Source: Erysipelotrichaceae bacterium (GTDB taxonomy: Bacteria > Bacillota_I > Bacilli_A > Erysipelotrichales > Erysipelotrichaceae). From it: DNA of 25,166 nucleotides. This document shows, in pieces, positions 16,714-25,166 of this stretch. The notes beneath the pieces are model-generated. The model saw only the letters and a program-made list of their open reading frames with translations, made no database searches and was not told the DNA's origin. Position 1 is the stretch's first letter. Each line of letters starts with the position of its first letter. The stretch is from assembly GCA_036642635.1 (NCBI GenBank), contig JAVXTN010000001.1:1-25166 (forward strand), given 5' to 3'. Made by a program: the position numbers and the translations under genes.

Positions 16714-19647
16714 ATGTTTTTAAAACGAATAGAAGTACAAGGTTTTAAATCATTTGCAGATAAATCAATAATAACATTTGATTCAAATGTTATAGGAATA
16801 GTTGGACCTAATGGATGTGGTAAAAGTAATATTAATGATGCCATAAGATGGACTTTAGGAGAACAAAGTGCAAAAACATTAAGAGCTGAATCAATGAGCG
16901 ATTTAGTTTTTTCAGGTAGTCAATCAAGAAAAGCAGTTAATTTAGCAGAAGTGACTTTAGTTTTTGATAACTCAAAGCACATTATGAAAGTAGATTTTGA
17001 TGAAGTAGAAATTACAAGAAGAATCCATCGAGTAAGTGGAGAATCTGAATACCTAATAAACAAAACACCATGTCGTTTAAAAGACATAACAGATATGATG
17101 TTAGACACTGGATTAGGAAAGAATTCATTATCATTTATATCTCAAGGAGATGTAGCATCTTTTTCTGACGCAAGACCTGAAGATAGAAGATCCATCTTTG
17201 AAGAAGCAGCAGGAGTAGCTAAGTATAAGAAAAGAAAAGTTGAATCAGTAAATAAGTTAAATAGAACAGATGATAATCTATCAAGAGCTGAAGATATTAT
17301 AAGTGAATTAGAAAGACAAGTATTACCATTAAAAAGACAAGCAGAAAAAGCAAAGAAATATATTGATAAAAAAGAACAATTAGAAACAATCGAAATAAGC
17401 GTAATAGTAGATGAAATTGAAAATTTAAATAAAGAAGCAGTAAAATTAGAAGAACAATCATTTGATTTAGAAGGAAAAGCAGCTATATGTGATACTGCGA
17501 TTACTTTAAATGATAATGGAATTAGTGAACTAAGAACAACAATGAGTGCCCTAGATATTGAAATTAATACATTACAGGGTAAATTAATGAAAAAGGTTGA
17601 AGAAGTTACTAATCTAAGCACAAGAAAAGCTGAACAAGACGAAAAGTTTAAGCACTTGATGGAATATGCTACTGATCAAGAAAAACTGCCAGGATTAAAG
17701 AAGAAATTAACAGCAGTAGAGTATGAATATAACGAATTAAAAGCAACACTAGACGGAGCTGAAACTGATTTAGAATTAGAAAAAGAAAAAGAAAAACAAA
17801 ACGATGAATTATATGAAACAGCTAAAACTAATGCAACACAAGCATTAGAACTTTATAATAAATTAGCAAATAGACAAGAACTATTAAATAAGCTTATACA
17901 ACAACCATTTAATCATCAACAAGGAGTTAAAGCTATTATTGAAGCTAAGAGTTCATTGAATGGTATAATGGGCGTCGTATCACAAGTATTAGTACCTAAA
18001 GACGGCTATGAAGATGCTATATCTAATGCACTTGGAGGATCTTTATATCATATAGTTACAGAAAATGAACAGGCTGCGAGAAATGCTATAAATTTTTTAA
18101 AGAAGAATCAATCAGGAAGAGCAACATTCTTACCTACAACAGTATTAAAAGACCGTTATGTAGCACAAGATGCTTTATTAGTAGCAAACAATACACAAGG
18201 CTTTTTAGGCTGTGCTTATGATTTTATCGAATGTGAAGAATGTTATGATATCGTAAGCAGTTCATTATTAGGAAATGTTATGATATGTGATAATTTAGCA
18301 CATGCAAATGAACTAGCAAGATCTACAAAATATAACTATAAGATCGTTACACTAGATGGAGATTTAGTTCATAAAGGTGGATCAATGAGTGGAGGAAAAA
18401 TCAAAGACAGTTATTCTCCATTAGCAATAGCTAGTGAATTAAAAGGAATTGATACAAAAGTTTCAACACAACGTGATTTATTAGATAAATATAATGATGA
18501 AGTTATTAACATGGATTCAATATGTACTAGAATTAAAGGAAGTATTACTGAATACAGGCTAACTATTGCTCGTACGCAACCATTAGTGGATGCTAAGAAA
18601 GCTAGTTATGATTCATTAAAAGATGAGTTTGATTCTATAGCACCTAAAGATGAAAAAATGGATAAAGATGCTAAAGTAGATGAACTAATAGTACAATTAA
18701 CTCAAGCTGAAAAAGAAAAAGATGCTATAGTAGCAACTATAAGTACTAAAAGAAGTGAACGTATAACTGCGGGAAACGAATTAGAAAGAAAGAATAATGC
18801 ACTTAGAGAAGCGAGAAGAGATTCAAATACTATAAGTAAAGATCAAAAGGATAATGAAATTTCTAAAGCAAGAGTAGCTACTAAGTTAGAAAATGAAATG
18901 GAAAGATTAGCAAGTAACTATGAAATGACCTTTGAATTTGCAAGTACTAAAAAGATAGAAATGGACATGGAACAAGCAAGGATAGATGTAGTAAGATTAC
19001 GTAATGAGATAAGTGCATTAGGTAATGTAAATCTTGAAGCACCAGAAGAATATGAAGGTGTAAGAGAAAGATATGAAACATTATGCTCACAAAGAGATGA
19101 ATTAATAAGTGCTAAAAATAAAATATTAGAAGCTATAAGTGAAATGGATGACATAATGATTGTTCAATTCAAAGAAATGTTTGATAAAATTAATAATGAA
19201 CTACATGAAGTATTTTGACAAATATTTGGTGGAGGAAGAGCAGAACTTAAACTCTTAGACCCAAATGACATACTAAATACAGGAATAGAAATTGATGTTC
19301 AGCCACCAGGTAAAGATGTTAAAAACAATAAAGCTTTATCAGGAGGAGAAAAATCATTAGTAGCTATCTGTGTATTATTCTCAATACTTAAAGCAAGAAC
19401 AATACCATTGTGTATATTTGATGAGGTTGAAGCTGCACTAGACCAAGCTAATGTAGAAAAATTAGCTAAGTATATAGGAAGCTTTAAAGGAGACTCACAA
19501 TTTATTGTTGTTACACATAGACCAGGAACAATGGAACAATGTGATGCACTATACGGAGTAACAATGCAGGAAGGTGGAGTTTCTCAATTATTTAAAGTTA
19601 AATTGAATGAAGCCATAAGTTTAGCAACGTCAAAGGAGGAAGAATAA
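16714..19647 (+). CDS. smc: Chromosome segregation protein SMC (977 codons), interrupted as written by an in-frame TGA at 19216-19218
   Basis: Walker A GPNGCGKSN, hinge GRATFLP and GGSMSGG. After the TGA the same frame continues QIFGGGRAEL...QPPGK...LSGGEKS...CIFDEVEAALD...VVTHR to TAA 19645-19647. Joins track ORFs 16714-19218 and 19408-19647. Confidence 0.96.
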
Positions 19648-20630
19648 TGTCAATATTTACTAAAATTAAAAAAGCATTTAGTAATTCTGAAGATAAAGAC
19701 TATTATCTTAAAGGATTAAATAAATCTAATAATACATTTGGAGCTAAAATTAAAAAGTTAGCTTTCGGTTTTAGTGAAGTGAATGAAGACTTTCTTGAAG
19801 AATTAATGATTATACTGTTAGAAGCAGATATAGGAGTTAAAACTGCTGAAATCATTATAAAGCAAGTAGAAGAAAAAGCTAAAACAAATAAAGTTACTGA
19901 ATTTGATGAATTAGCTAATATACTAGTTGAAACTATGGCTGAACTATATGATGAAGAAGAAGCTAAGCCAATAGTATTTAATGAAGAAGGAACTACTGTT
20001 ATATTAATGGTAGGAGTAAATGGAAGTGGTAAAACTACTTCAACAGCAAAATTAGTAAACTACTATAAGAAAAAAGGAATGAGCGTTGCAGTTGCTGCAG
20101 CTGATACATTTAGAGCAGGGGCAATGCAACAATTAGATACGTGGGCTACTAGATTAGATGTTCATTGTATTAAAGGTAAAGAAAATGGAGATCCAAGTTC
20201 AGTGTTAGTAGATGCTTGTCGTTATGCTAAAGAAAATAAGATTGATATCTTAATTGGAGATACAGCAGGAAGACTACAAAACAAAACAAACTTAATGAAT
20301 GAGTTAAATAAAATGAAAAGAGTAATAGAAAGAGAAATACCAGGAGCACCGCACCAAATATTTCTCGTACTAGATGCAACTACTGGACAAAATGGAATAG
20401 CACAAGCAAGCGTGTTTATGGAAACAACTAATGTAGATGGAATTATATTAAGCAAGATGGATGGAACAGCGAAAGGTGGTATAGTAATAGCAATAAAAAG
20501 AATGCTAGGAATACCAGTTAAATATATTGGATTAGGTGAAACCATTGATGATTTAAAAGAATTTGATATTAACACTTATCTTTACGGTTTGTGTAAGGGC
20601 TTTCTAAATGAAACAAACACAGAAGATTAA
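19647..20630 (+). CDS. ftsY: Signal recognition particle receptor FtsY
   Basis: VGVNGSGKTT, DTFRAGA, DTAGRLQ, DATTGQNG, KMDGTAKGG, GLGETIDDL. Confidence 0.98.
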   Translation: MSIFTKIKKAFSNSEDKDYYLKGLNKSNNTFGAKIKKLAFGFSEVNEDFLEELMIILLEADIGVKTAEIIIKQVEEKAKTNKVTEFDELANILVETMAELYDEEEAKPIVFNEEGTTVILMVGVNGSGKTTSTAKLVNYYKKKGMSVAVAAADTFRAGAMQQLDTWATRLDVHCIKGKENGDPSSVLVDACRYAKENKIDILIGDTAGRLQNKTNLMNELNKMKRVIEREIPGAPHQIFLVLDATTGQNGIAQASVFMETTNVDGIILSKMDGTAKGGIVIAIKRMLGIPVKYIGLGETIDDLKEFDINTYLYGLCKGFLNETNTED

Positions 20631-20919
20631 TGAACTATTAGACTGGTACGCAAGTTTATTAACCGATAAACAAGTATGTGTTATGAATATGTACTTCAAA
20701 GAAGATTATTCATTAGCAGAGATAGCAGAAAATTTAGAAATAAGTAGAGCAGCAGTAAGTGATCAGATAAAAAGAACCAATAAACTATTAGAAGATTATG
20801 AAGAAAAATTAAAGTTAGTAGAAAAATATAAGAATAGAAAAGAAATATATGATAAAATGAAACATATAGAAAATGAAGAATTAATTAAATTAGTTGAATC
20901 ATTAGAAGAAAATGATTAA
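20608..20919 (+). CDS. ylxM: YlxM / UPF0122 putative DNA-binding protein
   Basis: LLDWYASLLTDKQ, EDYSLAEIAENLEISRAAVSDQIKR, LEDYEEKL; follows ftsY. Confidence 0.93.
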   Translation: MKQTQKINELLDWYASLLTDKQVCVMNMYFKEDYSLAEIAENLEISRAAVSDQIKRTNKLLEDYEEKLKLVEKYKNRKEIYDKMKHIENEELIKLVESLEEND

Positions 20920-20930
20920 AGGAGAATATT

Positions 20931-22136
20931 ATGACTAAAATTATTTCAGTAAATGCAGGGAGTTCATCACTTAAATTTCAATTATTTGAAATGCCTGAAG
21001 AAAAGGTATTAACAAGTGGAATGGTAGATAGAATTGGATTTAATGATGGTATATTCACAATTAAAGTGAATGGAAAGAAATTCGAACAAATATTGCCAAT
21101 TGAAGACCATTCAGTAGCTGTACAACTACTATTAAAAGCATTAATAGAACATGGAGTAGTAGCAAACCTTAATGAAATAAAAGGAGCAGGACACCGAGTA
21201 GTACATGGTGGTGAATACTTTAGTGGAAGCGCTATCGTTGATGCTGAGGTAGAAGGACATGTAGAAGAATTATCAGAACTTGCACCTTTACATAATCCAG
21301 CAGCATTAGTAGGATATCGTGCATTCAAAAAAGAATTACCAAGCTGTAAACACATTATGGCTTTTGATACAGCATTTCACCAAACTTTAGGACCTGAATC
21401 ATATATGTATCCATTACCAATGGAATACTATACAGAGTATAAAATTAGAAAGTATGGATTCCATGGTACTTCTCACCAATATGTATGTAATCGTTATGCA
21501 GAAATAGTAGGTAAAAATATTAAAGACTTAAATATTATTTCATGCCATTTAGGTAATGGTGCTAGTGTTACTGCAGTAAAAGGTGGAGTTTCAATCAATA
21601 CTAGTATGGGATTTACACCATTAGGTGGAATTATGATGGGGACACGCTGTGGTGATATTGATCCAGCCATTATCCCTTATTTAATGAAAAAAACTGGAAT
21701 GACACCAAGTGATATTGACTATGCTTTAAATAAGAAATCTGGAATGCTTGGAATTAGTGGCATAAGTTCAGATGGACGTGATATTGAAGATGGATGTAGT
21801 GCTAATGATCCTAAATGCCTATTAACACATGAGATTTATATTAATCGTCTAACTAATACAATTGGAGGATACATAGTTCAAATGGGAAGTGTAGATGCAA
21901 TTCTTTTCACAGGAGGAATTGGTGAAAATGACTGTAATCTACGTGGTAAGGTATGTCGTAAAATGGAAGAAGCACTAGGAGTGCATATTGATTATAAGTT
22001 AAACTCTGATGCAAGAGGATATGAATTAAGACTTTCAACACCTGAATCTAAAATTGATGTATGGATGCTACCAACAAATGAAGAACTAGTCATATCAAGA
22101 GACGCTTATCGTTTGTTAAGGTTTGATAATGAATAG
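20931..22136 (+). CDS. ackA: Acetate kinase
   Basis: NAGSSSLKFQ, GHRVVHGG, LAPLHN, FDTAFH, RKYGFHGTSH, HLGNGAS, FTGGIGEN, PTNEEL. Confidence 0.98.
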   Translation: MTKIISVNAGSSSLKFQLFEMPEEKVLTSGMVDRIGFNDGIFTIKVNGKKFEQILPIEDHSVAVQLLLKALIEHGVVANLNEIKGAGHRVVHGGEYFSGSAIVDAEVEGHVEELSELAPLHNPAALVGYRAFKKELPSCKHIMAFDTAFHQTLGPESYMYPLPMEYYTEYKIRKYGFHGTSHQYVCNRYAEIVGKNIKDLNIISCHLGNGASVTAVKGGVSINTSMGFTPLGGIMMGTRCGDIDPAIIPYLMKKTGMTPSDIDYALNKKSGMLGISGISSDGRDIEDGCSANDPKCLLTHEIYINRLTNTIGGYIVQMGSVDAILFTGGIGENDCNLRGKVCRKMEEALGVHIDYKLNSDARGYELRLSTPESKIDVWMLPTNEELVISRDAYRLLRFDNE

Positions 22137-23091
22137 CAATTATCATAACTTTATTGAGTATATAGAAGCATATGAGAATATAACTATTTATCGTCACATC
22201 CATCCAGACTCTGACGCACTAGGATCTCAATTCGCTTTAAAAGAATACATACTTAATAAGTATCCTAATAAGCATGTATATGCATTAGGAAATGAAATGG
22301 CCTATGATGATAGTTGCTTTCCAAAAGGTGATCAATGTGATGAAGCAATAATTGCTTCATCATTAGCGATCATTCTAGACTGTGGTAATGCTGCACGTAT
22401 AGACGATTATCGCTATCTTAAAGCTATGGATAGCTTTAAGATTGATCACCATCCTAATATAGAGAACTATGCTAACCATGAAATAGTATGTGCAGAAGCA
22501 GGTGCTACGTGTGAAATATTAGCTCTAATCTTTAAGAATGAAAATGATGAACTTACTACACAGTGTGCTAACTACCTATATTGTGGATTAATAGCAGATA
22601 CATTAAAATTTTCAACAGGTGCTACCTCAACAAAAACGTTAGAAGCGGCTACATATATTGCGAGCTTTGGTATTGATATAGCAAAAATAAATCAATTACA
22701 ATACCAATCAAGCGTAGATGAATTCAAATTAGAAACATATATAAGAAGCAAAGCTTGCTTTGTTTGTGATAATCGCTTAGCTTATATAATATTATCTAAA
22801 AAGGAATATAATGATTTTAATTTAACCTTTTCTCAAGCTAAAGATAAGGTTTATGCTTTAGGAAACATTAAAGCAGTTGAAATTTGGTGTCTATTTGCTG
22901 AACGAGAAGAAGAAGACCGTTCTAATATATATAATGGATCTTTAAGATCTTCTAATCTAGCAATTAATGAAATAGCCAATAAATATGAAGGTGGAGGACA
23001 CAAACTAGCAAGTGGAGTTAAAAATCTAACTAAACAAAAAATTAATGAACTTATTGAAGAACTAGAGAATAAAATTAAAAATAACTGTTAA
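22123..23091 (+). CDS. nrnA: DHH/DHHA1 phosphoesterase (NrnA-type nano-RNase / pAp phosphatase)
   Basis: RHIHPDSDALGSQ, IILDC, IDHH, GLIADT, GGGHKLASG; upstream of dnaE as in Bacillus. Confidence 0.88.
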   Translation: MIMNSNYHNFIEYIEAYENITIYRHIHPDSDALGSQFALKEYILNKYPNKHVYALGNEMAYDDSCFPKGDQCDEAIIASSLAIILDCGNAARIDDYRYLKAMDSFKIDHHPNIENYANHEIVCAEAGATCEILALIFKNENDELTTQCANYLYCGLIADTLKFSTGATSTKTLEAATYIASFGIDIAKINQLQYQSSVDEFKLETYIRSKACFVCDNRLAYIILSKKEYNDFNLTFSQAKDKVYALGNIKAVEIWCLFAEREEEDRSNIYNGSLRSSNLAINEIANKYEGGGHKLASGVKNLTKQKINELIEELENKIKNNC

Positions 23092-23104
23092 TTCAGTTTT
23101 TTTT
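23083..23104 (+). terminator. Short terminator overlapping the nrnA stop codon
   Basis: AACTG-TTAATT-CAGTT followed by a T-run to 23104; TATAAT at 23108-23113 may be a dnaE -10. Confidence 0.5.
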
Positions 23105-23140
23105 AGTTATAATTAATATATAAGTTGAAAGGAGATTTAT

Positions 23141-25166
23141 ATGAGTGTAAACCTACAGGTAAGAAGTTCTTATACATTGTTATCATCAACCATTAAAATA
23201 GATGAACTAATAAACAAGTGCCTAACTGATAATATAAAAAGTATATCTATAGTAGATAAGAATGTAATGCACAGTGCTATACAATTTTATAATGCCTGTA
23301 TAGCAAATCATATTAATCCAATATTAGGATTAGAAATAGAAGCCGAATATAAAACTAAAATATATGGTTATATCATTATAGCTAAGAATAATGAAGGATA
23401 CTCTAAACTAATAAAACTATCAACTAAAATAAATACTAATTCAGCTACCATTAACGTAGCTGAATTAGTAACCCTCGCAGAAGACTGCGTTATAATTTTA
23501 ACAACCCCATTAAATATAATAAATAACCAACAAGAACTAATACAATATTTAAAAGACCATAAACAACTATCTAATATGTATTGCGGAATAAATTCTAATG
23601 ATTTAGAATTTAATCGCAAACAAAACATGATCCTTAAAGAAACATGTAAAGCATTAGATATTAAAACAGTAGCAATTTCACCAACTTATTATTTAAAAAA
23701 AGAAGACAGTGATGCCTATGAAACCTGCATCGCAATTAAAAAAGGAATGAAACTAAGTGATCAACAATTAGATATAGAAAAGAATAGATACTTTAGAAAT
23801 GAAGAAGAAATGGAAAAACTATATGATAAAAACGATCTAGAAGCTACAGAAGAAATAGCGAAACTATGTAGTTATAGTTTACCATTAAAAAAAGCCGAAC
23901 TGCCAGTATATAAAAATAAACTTAATATAGGAAGTGAAGAATACCTAAGTAAACTATGTAAAAAAGGACTAATTAAAAGACTAAAGACTGAAGAACCATC
24001 AGCAACTTATATAGCAAGATTAAACTACGAACTACAAGTTATAAACCAAATGAAATTCGCTGACTATTTTTTAATAGTATATGATTTTATACGCTATGCT
24101 AGAAGTAATGATATTTATGTAGGACCAGGAAGAGGAAGTGCAGCAGGATCATTAGTAGCTTATTGCTTAGGGATAACACATGTAGACCCTATAAAATATA
24201 ATTTGTTATTTGAAAGATTTTTAAACCCAGAAAGAATAAGCATGCCTGATATAGATACCGATTTTCCTGATAATAGAAGAGAAGAAGTAATTGAATACGT
24301 AAGAAAAACCTATGGAGAAGTAAATGTGGCACATATTATTACGTTTGGAACCTTTGGAGCTAAACAAGCAATAAGAGATGTAGGGAAAGCAATGAGCTTA
24401 CCTAGTTATGAAATAGATAAACTAGCACAAGCAATACCTAATTTAATTAAAGTTAATCTAATGTATGCCTATAACAATTCTAAAGCCTTTAAAATTTTAA
24501 TTGATGGAAATGAAAGAAACCGACAATTATTAAGAATAGCACTAAAAATAGAAGGACTACCAAGACATGCCTCAACACATGCAGGAGGAATTGTAATAAG
24601 TAGACATGCTATAGATAACTATTGCCCACTAATAAGCGTTGAAGAAGGAATTGTATCTACACAATACCCAATGGAATACCTAGAAAACTTAGGATTAATA
24701 AAAATGGACTTTTTAGGACTAAGAAATTTAACTATAATAGATGAAATAGTAAGTAAAATTAAAAAAGAAAATGCTGAATTTGATATAATGAATATACCAT
24801 TAAATGATAAAAAAACATTTGAATTAATACAAGATACAAATACAGTAGGTGTATTTCAACTAGAATCAGATGGAATGAAAAACCTAATACATAAAATGAA
24901 ACCAAACTGCTTTGATGATATAGTAGCGACAATAGCACTATATAGACCAGGACCAATGCAAAACATTCCGACATTTTTAGAAGCAAGAAACAATAAAAAT
25001 AAAATAGAATATTTGCATCCTAAATTAAAAGAAATATTAGAACCAACCTATGGAGTTATAATATATCAAGAACAGATAATGCAAATTGCTCAAGTTATGG
25101 GAGGATTTACATTAGGAAAAGCTGATATATTAAGAAAAGCTATAAGTAAAAAGAAAAGCAATCAAG
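23141..25166 (+). CDS. dnaE: DNA polymerase III alpha subunit DnaE (partial, runs off window end)
   Basis: Not in the ORF track because there is no stop in the window. GAAAGGAG RBS; MSVNLQVRSSYTLLSS, GPGRGSAAGSLVAY, LLFERFLNPERISMPDIDTDF, STHAGG, KMDFLGLRNL, GVFQLES, ALYRPGP, YQEQIMQIAQ; I saw no stop in the parts I translated. Confidence 0.97.
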   Translation, partial: MSVNLQVRSSYTLLSSTIKIDELINKCLTDNIKSISIVDKNVMHSAIQFYNACIANHINPILGLEIEAEYKTKIYGYIIIAKNNEGYSKLIKLSTKINTNSATINVAELVTLAEDCVIILTTPLNIINNQQELIQYLKDHKQLSNMYCGINSNDLEFNRKQNMILKETCKALDIKTVAISPTYYLKKEDSDAYETCIAIKKGMKLSDQQLDIEKNRYFRNEEEMEKLYDKNDLEATEEIAKLCSYSLPLKKAELPVYKNKLNIGSEEYLSKLCKKGLIKRLKTEEPSATYIARLNYELQVINQMKFADYFLIVYDFIRYARSNDIYVGPGRGSAAGSLVAYCLGITHVDPIKYNLLFERFLNPERISMPDIDTDFPDNRREEVIEYVRKTYGEVNVAHIITFGTFGAKQAIRDVGKAMSLPSYEIDKLAQAIPNLIKVNLMYAYNNSKAFKILIDGNERNRQLLRIALKIEGLPRHASTHAGGIVISRHAIDNYCPLISVEEGIVSTQYPMEYLENLGLIKMDFLGLRNLTIIDEIVSKIKKENAEFDIMNIPLNDKKTFELIQDTNTVGVFQLESDGMKNLIHKMKPNCFDDIVATIALYRPGPMQNIPTFLEARNNKNKIEYLHPKLKEILEPTYGVIIYQEQIMQIAQVMGGFTLGKADILRKAISKKKSNQ

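Noticed and set aside
19216-19218. Genome-wide UGA reassignment (code 4 or 25) or selenocysteine
   Set aside because: TGA ends spoVAC, cdsA (both ATGA overlaps) and trmFO; Trp is encoded by TGG in the genes I read; the position is not a Trp/Gly/Cys site; no convincing SECIS-like stem follows (only the weak CAAATATTTG and AAGAG/CTCTT).
19408-19647. Separate 79-aa gene
   Set aside because: It is the SMC C-terminus (Walker B to end) in the same frame; the TTG start has no RBS and would omit the LSGGE signature.
9280-24986. Other short minus-strand ORFs (9280, 11471, 13127, 13886, 14401, 16593, 16920, 17142, 18918, 20222, 20978, 23368, 24759)
   Set aside because: All lie opposite well-conserved genes and have the Ser/Ile/Phe/Leu-rich composition expected from the reverse of A-rich coding DNA.
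1-25166. Frequent ACTAGT/CTAG
   Set aside because: Largely explained by ACT-AGT and CTA-G codon junctions in a low-GC Firmicute; no regular spacing; not quantified.

Overview
AT-rich (about 30% GC by eye), genetic-code-11 bacterial chromosome segment from a low-GC Firmicute, most like Erysipelotrichaceae (inference from gene order, the ~977-aa SMC and the long S2 tail). It is almost all core genes on the + strand: end of a spoVA operon (spoVAC partial, spoVAD, spoVAE, spoVAF), dprA-topA-trmFO-xerC, rpsB (with a structured leader)-tsf-pyrH-frr-uppS-cdsA-dxr-rseP plus one unknown 134-aa gene, one minus-strand hemolysin-III/PAQR gene, then smc-ftsY-ylxM-ackA-nrnA-dnaE (partial). I found no tRNA, rRNA, CRISPR array, IS or prophage. 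The points worth a second look are: two conserved genes interrupted as written (frr by a frame shift near 11103-11111, smc by one in-frame TGA at 19216); a 22-bp perfect palindrome present twice in a hairpin-dense 200-bp intergenic region; an 8-2-8 inverted repeat over the hemolysin-III promoter; a histone-H1-like 8x15-bp repeat tail on a Zn-ribbon TopA; an orphan, possibly HicB-like gene where proS usually sits; and a strong same-strand switch in synonymous base use between the spoVA genes (T-ending) and dnaE (A-ending). I could not demonstrate a new multi-gene system, and the two interruptions are more likely sequence errors than recoding.
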